The notes: generated by a model from the sequence alone, not told the origin. Positions 1 to 13,667 are shown, counted from the first letter of the stretch. The stretch: DNA of 64,000 bases from Lingula anatina (GCA_051362555.1 CM120644.1:14096567-14160566); one strand, 5' to 3'. Program-made: numbers and translations.

Positions 1-2259
1 TTTGTGAATAGCAATGGATAATTCATATGAAAAATGTTGTTAGAAATTTTTAAGTTTAAAATTTTTGAGTCAGCGCCATACTTCCATGGTGGCTGCAGTT
101 CCAAGATTAGTAGAATTCTCAAATGAATTTGTCTTAAAGATTATTGGGTAAGTGGAATTATTAAGCTATCATATTAAGATGACTGCATGGTTAAGTGCAA
201 CATGAGCTCGGAGATCTGGGAAGCAATATTTTAATTTGAGTGGGATTAAGAGACTTCCCATTCAGAGAAATACATCTGCACTTTAAAAGTACAGGTTGGG
301 CACGAAGATTGGCCTCGTCAAACTGTTCATATTTCCCCAAAAGTCATACTTTTATATTTCCTATTTTATTTTTTATTAAATATTGTGTATGTGTGTGGGT
401 TAAATAACTTTTTAGCCTTGCTACAGAAATAATTGACATTTAACCAAACCAATTTTGTTTTGCTTTTCTGCATCTTGTTCAAAATTGTCATTACACATGA
501 ACCTTATGATAATCTAAAGATTTCAGTAATTGCTGATCAGTATAATTATATTTTCTTCAGGCTAAGATGTTGTCATTGGTATTTGGATATCCTCCACTAA
601 ATTTTGACTAAAAAGGGTTGGAAAAAACGTACTGGTATAAATAACCCACTGTGTCAAGTAAAAAGTCTGTCCATCTTGTATTTGGTATTTTTTCATGAGA
701 TGAGCCTTGTTCTTGTGGTTATACAATTGCTATTGGTATTGGCATATGAGATGACTGCGTGCTATCTGTTTACACATTGGACTTGACAGGGATTTCAAAA
801 CTTTTCAAAAGACCTTCATTGTACTTATTATATTCATTATCGTATTGATTTTGTGAACACAAATTACAAAACAACACAACCATAATAATAAAGTATTCAC
901 CATGGAAACAGAATGACATAATAAGCAGAAATCCATTCCCCAAAAATTAAATTATTTGAAGTAATAAATCTAAAATTTCAAATATGACATAAGTTTAATA
1001 CCATAGTCATTTTTTTTCCAAGTTTCCATTTTTTTAAATCACAGAAGTGAACCCTTGGACGACTCCCCTTTAGAAAGTTTTTTTTTGTTTTCCTTTTTTT
1101 AGATGCCAAAATTAAAATAATATTACATATTATAATAAAAAAAAAGACTTTCACATTTGTAAGTGCATGCAATCCACATTATTTTATTTATTAAGCATTG
1201 TTGCTTTACAAGATAATTCACAAATTTCTGTTGCTTTTGTTAAATGGCAATTTATTACAGAAAATGAAGTTCTAGTCCAAGTCAGAAAGCCGTTTCCAAG
1301 CTCAAACCTTTGCCCCATTTTTCATTATGCCATGACATCTCCTTTTTCATTTCCAAATTCTTTGACATTTCCTAGATAGCCTTAGAATTGGTTTTGGACT
1401 CCAGAAGCAGACAAAATCCTAATTTGTGTTTTGAATACAAATCGAGTAATTCCCAATGCGGTGTACATAACACTACGGTACATGCTTTTAGCTTCTGCGA
1501 TGCCTTCTTGAATTGATTGCAAAAACCAATGAACAAGGAACTAACTACAGGCAGGGTTCACATTTGACAGATTTAGGCCCTAATTCTCACATTGAGGGGT
1601 ACTGGTATATTTAACTGAACTGTGTATTCCCCTTTGACTGGCCTTGGGGAGTTTATGATCTTTCACAAGTTTTCCAAAAATTCATTATACCAAAAAGTCA
1701 TTGGCTTATGGCAAGAGATGACTCATAAGTACAACATTTATTGTTTTACCAAGCTTTATCACTAATATAAGGTATTGTCAAATACAAAGATGGCCACAGT
1801 GGTTTTGGCAATGGAGTCATATGCATTCCCATTCATGATTGGAAATAATCAAATGAATAAAACTTAAATGTTACCAAATTGAATTCCACAAACCGGTTCT
1901 AAACTGATTGGCACCTCATCATAATGCACTGAAAATGGTGTGAATTAACCCAGCAGACATGCATGTATCTTGTATATTATTTCAGATGTTACATTTGTAT
2001 TGAATGTTATTTGAAAGGTGTCAGACCCATCAGACACATTTCGATTTTATTTTGGTAAATTACGTCTTTTTTTTGCATGAGCTGTCACGTAATTCTTCAC
2101 AATTTCCAGTTGAGTTACAGCATTGGAGAATGTGATTGATTGATTGTGTCTTTGGAATAAAAGCAGGTGCTGTATATAATGATGTAATGTCAGCCTATAA
2201 TTCAGGTCGCCAAAAGAACCAGACCATAGTTATGATTGCGTGCCTATCTTGAGCCTTTT

Positions 2260-2296
<37 letters not shown>

Positions 2297-3636
2297 CTTT
2301 TAGCATTTGGCCCTGGGGCATATAAAATGCCTTTAACTTATGGCATACTTTTATCTTTTCATTTCTAATCAGTGTGCATTACCAATGAAACTATTGTATT
2401 AGCTACCGGTAAATCGATTTAACTCTCAGGACTCTCGCTGAATGCATTCAGATTAACTAAATGACGCCTCCTTGAGCAGCAAGGGGTTTATTAACTTTCA
2501 TGTGTATTTGGTCACACTCTAAATGTAGTGAAAATAGCCTCCAGAAACCAAGTTTCATTGGTAATGCACCCTGAGATATAATTATCTAATCAAGTTTTGA
2601 TGTGAATGTGACCAGCATGGTACCAGATTAATTAACTCTGAACGTAAATGTGACATTACTGTTTTTAAAACCAACTCTTTTTGAGACCAATTTTTTTTTT
2701 CAGTGTAAATGTGACCAATTTTTATACAAATGCAACCATGCACATTTTGCTTAGGCAGACGGCAAGAGTTCTCAACATGTCATGGGTAATTTTGTATGCA
2801 AGACAGTGGCTTCAGCACAAATAAATAGCCTCAAAATACAAGTTTTTTCATGCTACGAGTGGGAAATTATTGACAGATCATTCTTGTCTTACACGGGAGA
2901 CTATTGATCCAACAAGACATGCATGGTCATTTTTCTTCCAAATCTTGCCATGCCCCTTGATTGTTCTCTGGGGAGGGGGGGGGGGGGGGGGGGGGGGCAG
3001 GCTCTAGGTATCAGCAGAGTTGCAGAAAAATGATTTGAAATGGGCATTTTCCTTCAAAAATGTCCCAAAAAATTTGTGGCTCATTTTCTAAGGAAATGTA
3101 GTTGGTAGAAATAACTGCAGAGCTGCAGAAAAATGGTTTGAAATGGGGCATTTCCCTTCAGAAATGTGCCTTAAAAGTCGTAGCTTATTTTCTGAGGAAT
3201 TGTTGGCTGATTTAGCTGTAGTTGGTTCCATAACTGCATGTACTGTTATGAGGAATGAAAGGTATCCTGTATATATAACATGTAGGTGGTGAAAAACTTG
3301 GGTAATACTGTGAATGAAAGTGATTAATAAGTACAATTAAAATCATTGTGTCATTTAGGGATTTATGTATATTCAATGTTTCAGTTGTTAATTGCCAAAA
3401 AGATAATTCTAAAATTATTGAAGAAAAGTGTCATATTAATGAACAAAAAAAATTGTTTAGATTAGTACCATATGGCAGAAAGTAAAATTACAAAATGAAT
3501 TTACCAGCTTTTATTCTACTGGAGTAATGTACATACCAGTGCATGAAACAGTAAACTTCAGTACCCCTTCTACATTGTACAAGGTAGTCTTTAAAATTGT
3601 ACTTTTGAGAGTACTGAATGTACATCTATTTTGAAT

Positions 3637-3805
3637 CAGGCCCGTAGCCAGCAATTTTAGAAGGGGGGGGGTCGTTTTCTGAAAAAGTGGACCTTCTACC
3701 ATAAAATCCTCAAGCACATAGATCAAATTGTACCCAGAGTGGACCTTTTCCCAGCAAAAAGGGCGGTTCTTTCGAAACCCCCGAACCCCCCTGGCTACGG
3801 GCCTG
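3637..3805. mobile_element. MITE, CAGG-terminal family, 5-bp TSD
   Basis: TIR CAGGCCCGTAGCCAG ... CTGGCTACGGGCCTG flanked by TGAAT on both sides; a homologous copy lies at 23685-23857. Confidence 0.85.
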
Positions 3806-5111
3806 TGAATGCACAGTGTTGTACATGTACATGTAACATAATCAGCCATCGCAGTGACTATGATATTGTTCCTGTACTACGTCTGTAGTTGTCACCGCAC
3901 AAATCAACAAAGACTTAGTAATCCTAGTGATTCAGAGAAAAATAAACATAGCGCCAGGCCATACATGTATATTTCAAAGAAAAGGTATGACTGATCACTA
4001 CTATCAACATGCAAACATGAAGGCTCTGGAAAAGCCTTGAAAGTGATTTGTGGAAACCCTTGAAGTGATGATCTCATTCATGCAGTGTCATTTTTAGACT
4101 ATTTTGAGATCCATTTTCTTAATTACTGCCATTACATCCCATCCTAAAGTGGGTTTGAACTGGTCTTAAGTGTTTTGTCGGCAGTTTTATGAGAATATCG
4201 ATGAATGCTGTGCTTTGTAATAGTAGAGTGGGAGTCTAAAAAATATGGAATTGTGATGGCACATTCACTGTCACAATATATCTTTCAAAATTTGTAGAAA
4301 GAAAATGCAATTTTTAGTCAAAATTGTATAAGGATGTATGTTAATTATGCTCTGTTTTGGTGAAGAACCCAAATTGCCTTTTATTTCATTTACATATACT
4401 TCATAGTGCACATAATATCAGAGATGAGCTTTATCTGCTGAAATGCAGAATTCCACGTTTTTTTTATTCAATTCTGATGATTCTTGAGAATCGTCTTGTC
4501 TGAGAATTGATACATAAATGTTCAGAGGTTTTTTTTATCGAAACCTAGGCTCATGTTTATAATATTTTGATTCGATCAATCCATTGTACTTTCAAACAAA
4601 TTAAAGAACAAATGTTGAATCATGTCCTGGACACTGGTGTATAATTTAATGGCATGAGATCTAACATTTGGTTCAGGATATGTATATCCCCTAGGTCCTG
4701 TTCTCAGAACATACATGTATATCAGGGGTGAAGAAAATGTCAGAACTCATACAGTATGCAATTTTCAGTTTTCATTCCTTAATGACTTTTTCTTCATACG
4801 TAACTACTGGTACATGTATGTTGTGGTGGATTGGTGTCTTGTATTGGGGTGAATGACATGTTGACTTTTGACCCCCCCCCCCCCCCCCCCCCACAGCCCT
4901 TTTCTGTTAAGCTGGATCAGTCCTTGCATTTACTAGTAGATATTTTCATTTTGTTTTATTTTATCTTACTAAATTTATTTTATTTTATTTTATTGTTTTG
5001 GGGAATATAGATCAACTGCCTGCAACAGGTCTTCATATCAGTATCCTCACTTGGTAGTAATTACAACAAGCATTCAAGTGAGTCAGCCATATTTGTTCTG
5101 AGGATCTGTTA

Positions 5112-5357
5112 GGCCCATTTCAGATCGAGAAGAGCCAAGTGCTAGCTAGGTTGCGACATAAATATGGCATACCTACATGAAAGGAAGACCATTTAATCCC
5201 GTGATTTAATTATTGTGCTCCTGCAGGGATGGCCCGTGGGAGGTGTGTGAGAGGGGAGAGACCATTACAGGATTAAGCGGTTTTCCTTTCATGTAGGTCC
5301 GCCATATTTAGGTTGTGGCCTAGCTAGCCCTCGGCTCTTCTCAATCTGAATGGGGCC
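5112..5357. mobile_element. PIF/Harbinger (Tourist-like) MITE
   Basis: ~90-bp imperfect inverted arms, ends GGCCC...GGGCC, TTA on both sides; partial copy near 61850-61945. Confidence 0.75.
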
Positions 5358-5834
5358 TTAGTCTGCTTGTTGTTCTGAATGCACTCTACATGTAAGTCAC
5401 AAGACTTTCGATGATCTCTGTGAAATCCCATTAGACAGGTGGCTGGATGAACTATGCTGTGTGTGCAAGGCAGATAAACACTGTCTGTAGTATTATATAG
5501 TATTAAGCTGTTGATAATAATTGCCCCTGTGTATTCAGATGCGCTTAGGAAAAACTAGTTGTTTAAAAAAGGGGGAATAAAGCAAGAACATACATGTATT
5601 AGATGGATCAACAAAAATAATTTGGAAGACTGTCAGAAATATCTCTGGATCTACCCCTTAAACCTCCCTCCTAGCCATGGGCCTGCATGACTATATAGAA
5701 ATTGTGCAAGAATTTTGCATGAGGTTAAGCTAGGTTTTACAGTGTAGTAATAATGAAAGTTGTAACTCTGTGCACTGTCTGGGGATGTCGTCTCAAAGCA
5801 TTTACAGAAGTTCCCTGCAAAACATGGTGAATTC

Positions 5835-6012
5835 CAGGGACGGATCCAGAAATATTTTCTGACAGTCTTCCACATTATAATTGTTGTTCAACCCCCCTTT
5901 TTTGACCGTCTTCCGACAGAAAAAATTAGGTACTCATTAATGTAAACTTAGAAATCTGAGTGTCTTCCGGAAGACCCAGAAGACCGCCTCAATCTGCCCC
6001 AATCCGCCCCTG
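5835..6012. mobile_element. MITE, CAGG-terminal family, 5-bp TSD
   Basis: CAGGGACGGAT ... ATCCGCCCCTG flanked by AATTC on both sides. Confidence 0.8.
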
Positions 6013-7253
6013 AATTCATAATGTGCCATACACTTAGACTGTACATGAAATTTGACAGAACTTGGAAATAGGAAAGAAAACCTAGAAAAATTACTGTCAG
6101 TTATGTACTTTTGTTTTATTCAGTACACTTGTCTGCCAATATTTCCACCCCCACTCTCCTCAGATCTTTCAAAATCTGACTTGACTATATACGCCAATTA
6201 AGTCACTATAGACTGTGAACTGTCTTGGATGATTCTCACAAAGATGACCAACAGCTACATGTACACCTATGATTGGTGACTGAATGATGATAACCAGATG
6301 CCCCAATCAAATGCTGCCTAAATTGATTGGAAACACGTCTTACTAATAATAAACACCCAAAATGTTTTTAAGTTTCAATCAAATCTTAATGTGACTTGTG
6401 TACATACATCTTTTGAGTGCAGAGCAAATTTCTCCTAATGGATTTGCACAGTTTGAATGTCAGGGTCTCTTAATTTCACCTACTTGTACTGCAGGAGATG
6501 AATATCAGGGTCTCTTTATTCCACCTACTTGTTCTGCAGAAGAGACCTGAACTCACTCAGACATGAGACCTTAATGTCAAAATAAATGAAGTCTGTTTGC
6601 TTAGGGAAAAAAATGCTCTGACATTGGGAACTTTTTGTTCGTGCCAGTTACATGCTTTACAAAATAATTAACTGTCCATGTTCAAGTGACTTACATTTTG
6701 ATATCAATGTTGTTCAAATGTCTTGGACACTGCACAATTAATTAGTTAAATTTGCCTCAAATACTGTAACTGAAACCACAAAAAAAAAAAAAAAAAAAAA
6801 AAATGTTGAAGCTGAAAGCCAGCAGTGTTTTAATGGTTGAGAGTTTACAATAAAAGGAAAAAATGTTAATAAAATGTTATAAAATTTAAGTTTAGTATAT
6901 ATATACACAGGTGCTTGGCATTGATGTAATTAAGATTGGTTTTGAACAGAAAATTCTGAAAAAAAAAATGAAAAAAAAAAAAAGCTGAAAATGATTGAGA
7001 ATATTTGATGAAATATTGATGCTTTGTTTGAATGGATGAGTACTGTAAGTTGAAGTCCACATTCGACATTAAGGAGGAGCATCCAAATTCAGATTAAGAT
7101 TTGTTTCATGGCACTAAATTGCTGTTATACATTTAGGCAACCATAAATCAATTTAAAGCAAATGCAAATAAGGCTTTTTGATCTTATTCTGTGTAATTTG
7201 AATGCTCTCCAAAGGTTTCATTTCTCTAAGCTTATCCAGCCTTCCGCTTTGAA

Positions 7254-7735
7254 GACTTAATATCCGCTTTGATTTTTTCTTGCTCTTGGGGATTCAGTAA
7301 CCAAGATGTCAAAACTCATTTGGATCTTTTGTTTTTTTTTTTTTTTTCATTTGAATCTGTGCTGTGGACAACTTAGGGCCCATTGACATTGGATTTATAG
7401 ACCTAGCTACTGTGCACTAACTCCACAGGGAGTCTTGCTGAATGCAACCAGATTAACACATTGACATGCCTCCTCTTGTTTCCAACATACTTATTATAAT
7501 AATCACCAGTTTTCTATATTCTACTCAATGCCAACATGTTAATATGGAAATCTGATTGCATTCAGCATGAGTCCCCATGGAGTAAGTGCATATTTTATGT
7601 AGCTAGGTTGATATATTCATTGTGAATGGTGTGAAGTGTGAATGGTTGAATATTGATGATGATTTAACAAAGCTATGAGCCACGTTTATAAACTTACTTT
7701 GATTCAGTTTAATCAAAGGTTATCAATGTTATATA
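7254..7735. repeat. Duplicated segment (RING-gene intron), copy 1; contains a Harbinger-like palindromic MITE
   Basis: Near-identical to 13668-14122 (GACTTAATATCCGCTTTGATTTTTTCTTGCT...; GGGCCCATTGACATT...TGTGAATGG). Confidence 0.85.
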
Positions 7736-7908
7736 ATATAACAGTTAAATTCCCATAGAATACAGCTGTATCACTGAATTATATAACATTTGATATATAA
7801 AGACCTAGCAATTATTTAGTAGAACAAGGAGTCACTGTGTGATCACTGGGTATTGTGTGATTTGATGGTGACTGATGTGTCAATTTTGTTTATTTTTATC
7901 TTTTCCAG

Positions 7909-8295
7909 TGTATCATATGCTTCAGCGGCAAGGCTTCCATAGTAACACAACCTTGCGGACACCGTGTCGTCTGCCGCCGCTGCTTTATCAAGACAATCCA
8001 AGCTGCCATAAGTCAACGCAGTCTGCCTTTATGCTGCATCGTTTGTCGAGCGCACGTCCACAAATTGGTGATGACCAATGCATTGACCACCGGGAACTTC
8101 ATGTCAGCTCCGTTTTCCCAAGTGTCACAGACACCGCCATGTTTGATGATGTCACAGCCACAAGCGTTGTTGCCGAAGTCACAGACTGTCTTGTCTCCAG
8201 TTGTGCCAAAGAAGAAGAAAAAGACCACAATACCGTTCTTTTCATTTTTACGAAGGCTAAAAAACAAACATTCAAGAAGAAGGGGGACATCTTGA
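7909..8295 (+). CDS. Terminal exon of a C3HC4 RING-finger (putative E3 ligase) gene; upstream exons not identified
   Basis: Acceptor ttttccAG ends at 7908, then CIICFSGKASIVTQPCGHRVVCRRCFIKTIQAAISQRSLPLCCIVCR (C-x2-C...C-x-H-x3-C-x2-C...C-x2-C). In frame with ORF 8065..8295; basic tail, stop TGA. Confidence 0.85.
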   Translation, partial: CIICFSGKASIVTQPCGHRVVCRRCFIKTIQAAISQRSLPLCCIVCRAHVHKLVMTNALTTGNFMSAPFSQVSQTPPCLMMSQPQALLPKSQTVLSPVVPKKKKKTTIPFFSFLRRLKNKHSRRRGTS

Positions 8296-9059
8296 TTTGT
8301 GTGTTTATTATGTATAGTTGACTTGAGGTATCTGAGAGAGGAAAGAATTGCTTCTGGTTAGAATGCTACATTGAAAAAAAAAGTTAATGACATTGTTTAT
8401 GCCAAACAATGTGCATGAGACCTTCAAACTGCAAAGGAGAAAAAAAGATAAAACCCTAAAAATTACAGCAGTATCACTTTCTCACCAATTTCTAATTTTT
8501 GCCAACACAAAAAAATTCATCAGTATATAAATACATGTACTGTATAATCTATTAGCATGCTTTTCCAAAATGGAGGGTGACACAGAATTGACAAACTTGG
8601 AATTAAAGACAGTTTTATAGATTGTAAGTCTGTGAAAGGTATTGGATATAATATGTCTTGCTGATGAAGGAAAAAGTGTTGACCTCTCTAGAAAAATTAA
8701 TTCTTGCAACAATTTAAGGTCTTATGCTCGTTGTGCACCTTAAAAAGGAGACTTGCCACAGTTGTTGATTGGGATTGGTAATAGCTTAAAATATTATGTT
8801 CTTGTGTCATTCTTTTCTATACTGGAAAATTGTCTATTCACTGTCACTTTTCCAAGGTGAATCTGTATAAAATTGTAAAAATTGTCTGTACTGTGAACTA
8901 ATTCTAAGTCTTTATTTTTCTTCTTAGCCTATTGTTTTTATGGAAATTATTTATTAATTTTGAGTAGAATGAATTAATAATTTTTCCCAATTTTTTTTTT
9001 TTTTTTTTTTTTTTTTTGCAGGTAATGCTTAAAACATGAAATATTTTGAAAAGTAATTT

Positions 9060-10010
9060 ATCACATAAGAGAGTAAATTTGTGTATGACATGTCAAAAAA
9101 GGTACAGTTTGAAAATGTAGAATGTAAGAAAAGTGAGGCATTTAAAAATAGCTAAATACAGAACAGTATTTTAAATATCAGATTAGTTTGACTGAAAAGG
9201 TGCAAGTCAACTTGCTTTGAAAAGAGGTTTCTAGACAAAGTATTATAAAGAATCATTACATTCACAGGTTCTTTTGTGTGAAACTACCTGACAAGCAATA
9301 TGATCAACCCTGGATGTTATATTTAATATTGATTTTCTTTCAGTTGTCCCCTTCCCCATTATAATGTTGATTTTTGTTCATTTTTTCAGTGGCAAATAAA
9401 TGCTTACGCAGCTATTTTAATTAGTATCAAATTAAGTGCACTGAACTGAGGGCATGCAATAAGCCAAAGTTCAATGAAAAATAAAAATTGTCACATTTTA
9501 ATTAGTTTCACAGTGTCACATTTGATATTGGTTTGAATGCAACAAGGTGTTCCAACAGTTCCAAGTTCTGTTGGAACTCCTTGAATACACCAAATTAGCA
9601 GACAACAGTCATGGCGTAAGCATAGCAATTTCAACTAACAAAACTGATTTCGACCCCTGAATAATGAAATTAAACAAGCTAGGCCTATGGTTTATTCAGT
9701 GGATGTGAGATGTTGATATGCGAGGCAATATTTCTACTTGTGAATAAAACTAGGGTTATAAGGGCAGAATGTGTTAGGTGAGAAAAAGCACACTTTGGTT
9801 GAGACCATGTGTTGAGTATTGTGTCCTTCATTCTGATGTCAATCTAGTTCAAGGAAAAGCAAATGAACTAACCCGCACTTTACAATGTGTATCCTTTACA
9901 ACACATGATAAGACCCTATTCATTTGAAATTATAACTAGTTGTATTTAAAGAATATGGGGTTTAAAGTGGGGAATAGGGTGTACTTGTGGACAGATGGGG
10001 AGCCAGTGAA
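9060..10010. repeat. Duplicated segment (RING gene 3' region), copy 1
   Basis: Colinear high similarity to ~16570-17444. Confidence 0.85.
9942..10010 (+). pseudogene. Short fragment of the 3' end of the TMEM70-like gene
   Basis: GTATTTAAAGAATATGGGGTTTAAAGTG...TTGTGGACAGATGGGG matches 27714-27782. Confidence 0.75.
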
Positions 10011-10228
10011 CTCTACACTTCTCATTTAAAAGCGTTTATAATGAGAAAATATTTTTTATCTGCGTATGTAAGTCACGTTCTCTGCAGGAAGCCTAGGAAG
10101 TACACGTACCGGGTAAGTCACTTATCCAAGCATCTTACTCATCGCTGCAAAGGGTGTTGTCAAAACACGGTCCAGTTCTGAATCGAGTTATTTTTAGAAA
10201 GTGACTTTTTACGCGGGAATGTCCCCCC

Positions 10229-10259
<31 letters not shown>

Positions 10260-10768
10260 ACACAACTCACACAAACGCTGTTCAAAGCGACGTTTTGTAA
10301 ATTCTCACACTGATTTCCTACATCTACGAGCTAACCCATCTCATCCTCGGGTCATAACTGATGGTTAATTTGATAATGTATTGCGACTTAAATCCATGGG
10401 AGCTATTTGTTAAAAATGACCAAATATCCTCGGATAAATTCAAGAAGAAGCAGTTTATTTACTTAATATGTGTTTTAAAATCCTACATTTTGAAAAGAAA
10501 AAATCTTCAGCATTGTTATTGTTAAGCGCAGCTGCAGTTTATTTCTACAGATCAATATATAAAACTTAAATGGCTTTATTAAGGATGTGATTAATGAATT
10601 TATAATTTGAAAATGTCTGTTAATTTCTATTTCGATCTGGCCTAGGCCGATTTAAAACTCACCTATGCAAGATTGAAATTTCAATTTCTCTTAGGCGTAT
10701 TTAAAATCAGCCTGAATTTCAATCCTGCCTGTGACATATATTTACTGATTTCTTTGTAAACTTATATA

Positions 10769-11008
10769 GGGGAGACCGGGGCTAGTTGGACCCCGGGGTA
10801 AGTTGGCCTCCCCATCAAGTCTCTTAAATAAAGTTACTTTAAGATGCTAAATTATTTCATTTGGATTCACTGCCGACAGTTTCTTAGCACAATTGGATAC
10901 GGTCACTTTACAAAATGATGTGATCAATTCTTTAACCCCAGAGTTACTTTTTTCATAAATTGATGGGGGGCCAACTTACCCCGGGGTCCAACTAGCCCCG
11001 GTCTCCGC
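10769..11008. mobile_element. MITE with TA TSD (Tc1/mariner-type)
   Basis: ~40-bp TIR GGGGAGACCGGGGCTAGTTGGACCCCGGGGTAAGTTGGCC; TA on both sides; the empty site CTTATATA|GTGTTC is present in the paralogous segment at ~18695. Confidence 0.92.
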
Positions 11009-11283
11009 TAGTGTTCAAATTTGTATAAAAGAAGCTTCCCGCAGCATTACTTCCCCACAGTGCTACTCACCTAACGAAGAGATTTCCCTTGTTGAAATGC
11101 GTTCTAAAGAGATATAATTCTTGAACTTTAAATCTTACTCTGAGTTTAGATTCCGAATTTAAGTAATTGTTCATCGCACATATTCTCTAAATACATAGCA
11201 AATGATAGCTCCCTTTCCTGGACGCCGCTTTTAAATGTACTGGTATGGTTGGGATCCCTTGGAAAGTGTGTAAACATTCAGTG

Positions 11284-12488
11284 TTATAATGCTGGTGTGG
11301 GCATGGGGGGAGGCGCGCAGGCCACACCAACGTCTTCATGATGGCCACAGTTGTGTTTACCCCAAACACTGTGCGTACAAAAGGCGATTTTATCTTCAGT
11401 CCCTGTGCATCCTACATCATCTAGCCATATCTTGCCCGTACCTTGTCCTAATTGGGCTCTTTGGTAAACGATTGGAATGGAGGTCGGGTACCCCAGCTGT
11501 CTGCAGACAACCCCAGCATCTCTTTCGTCAAAACTGTCATCGCAGACTGTTCCCCATTCCCCGTTGTAGAAGACCTCCACTCTGCCCTCACGCGAATGAC
11601 CTCCATTTGCCAAACGTATTGGCCCTGAAACAAAGTGAAATATTTCTTAATTATTAAGATAAGTGAATAAAAACCTTTAATATGATAGGCTTGCACAAGC
11701 CCTTCTCATAAATACTTGTATATAACAAATATAATATATACTTATTTCTCTTGAAATATAGATATTTCCATGCAGTATCCAAATACGCAATGAAACCCCT
11801 TGTATTGTTCTTGCGTCCGGCCTAATCTGAAATCAATTGACGCTTACAAAATGGTATTAGTTTTCTAAAAGCAAACAAATAAGCAAAAAATACAGAAGAA
11901 TTAACTCAGCTTCGCAAAGAACAGAATTATATTTTTTTCATCAAAATGCAAACGTACTCAGCGAATGTTGAAATTTAAGAGCAACGCACCTGCGACTATT
12001 TGACTTAAACCTTTGGATGTTTGTTTCACCAGTGTGGACTGCTGCTGTAATTGCAGTTCAAGGCTCTGCATTTTGTTCGTCAGTAATGTCCTCTCCCTTT
12101 GTGAGGAATCCCTTAACTGTTGCAGCTGCTGCTTCAGTGTTGTCACCTGGTTTGTTAGTGCCACCTTTTCTGCTTGGGTAGAGGCGACGGATTGTATCCC
12201 ATTTACTTTCTGTTGAACGTCATGAAGAGTTTTATTGAAGCTGTTATCGGATCGCTGTAGCTCTTCAACTTCAGCCGTAAGGTTTTCATCCTTGATTCTG
12301 GCAGTGTAAATCTCTTGGCTTAGTACGCCCAGCCAGCTTTTTATCCAAGCCGCTAAGCCATCGGCGCCAATGTAGTTGTTAACTTTCTGCGTTGGGAGAG
12401 GATACGTTGAATTCGCCATCACATCTTTCTGGGCGTTTAAAACACCCAACATGGTAACCGCTACCGCAAAAAATAGGTTTCTCGTCAT
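11284..12488 (-). CDS. Secreted coiled-coil + group-A SRCR protein, copy 1 (279 aa, chimeric)
   Basis: Exon1 12488-11990 (signal peptide, coiled coil; donor G|GTGCGT, phase 1); exon2 11624-11284 (acceptor tttcAG; GPIRLANG...[17 protein letters not shown]...6 Cys). 840-nt spliced ORF is open. Confidence 0.92.
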
Positions 12489-13667
12489 TTTAAATAAGCG
12501 GGGCTGGATTAAACTCCAAAGTACTTGACTTTAAAGGTGATTTGCAAAAGTGAAGATATATGATAAAATTGGATATCATGCACCTTTATAGCCTAACCTA
12601 AGACGTCATGTACCTGTAGGACCCCGCCTATAAGATTGTGCGCACGGTGTTCTCTTTTATCTGGCAATACACCCTTAATTTCATATATCACTGGACACCT
12701 TGCCTACCGAAGCATGTAGGTAATACAGTTTAGTGTCCATTCACCCTTGACACTCTGGGTCATAAAAATGAAATACACCGCGCTCCTTAGCGGCCAAGAA
12801 ACGGATTTATGTTGTTTGACCTCGATTTGAGAAATATGTACAAAGTATTATATTTTAACTGATAATCCAGAAATTAATTTCATTTGTCTATTCATGTTGT
12901 GGTAATTTTTTTAATCTCAAGCTGAAAACACGAGAAAGATCGAAACACAAGCCCAAAATTTAATAACAATCATGATGAATTTGTTTACTTATTGAAATAG
13001 CTTACGCAAAGAGAGATGGACAGCTACGAAAATGAATTAAGATAAATTCTATTTAATCATTTTTATTTACTTTAATTGCGGTGTGGGGGGGTCAAATTAT
13101 TGCCGATGGGTGTCTTTACCTATAAGTTGCCTAGCGCAGATTACACGCGGCTATTACGACTAACGACGGTCACATTAAGCCTGTTTGCTATGGGGCAATG
13201 AATCAACGACCTTGTCTGTATTACTTGATGTTAGAACTGGCAGTAATGTGTATAGCCTAGGCCTTGTAAAAGTTTTCGTCATAGATTACTTATTGTAATC
13301 AATATTGTAAAAGCATTATTACATGTAGCCCATGCAGGCTTTTTATGTACAGGTACATGTACATGTATGAAGATTATCATTGTTTCCATAAACAAACGTT
13401 ATTCTTACTTTCTTGTATTTATAACTTTTAAACATCATAGACAACATGGCATCCAATGATTCCAGAATCCTAAATGTACGCTACTTGATCTTCTTGTCAA
13501 TCAACGTTAATAATGTAATATCAGGCTTTAAATGTGAAAAAAAAACTACTTAGATGAGATGCAGATGAGTAAAAGATAATATAATTGATGATTGTGTGTT
13601 AACTGCACAGACTTACTAATTTGAATCTTTTTTTTTCACTTGGATCCGTGCTGCGGATAACTGAGGG

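Noticed and set aside
2975-2997. Poly-G/C runs as G-quadruplex elements (also 4873, 10223)
   Set aside because: Common homopolymers, often MITE-associated and length-unreliable.
7875-8321. 148-aa + strand ORF
   Set aside because: Wrong frame; the overlapping frame from acceptor 7908 encodes a clear RING.
11289-11657. + strand ORFs recurring opposite each SRCR exon (also 18974, 29425)
   Set aside because: Antisense shadows of duplicated coding exons.
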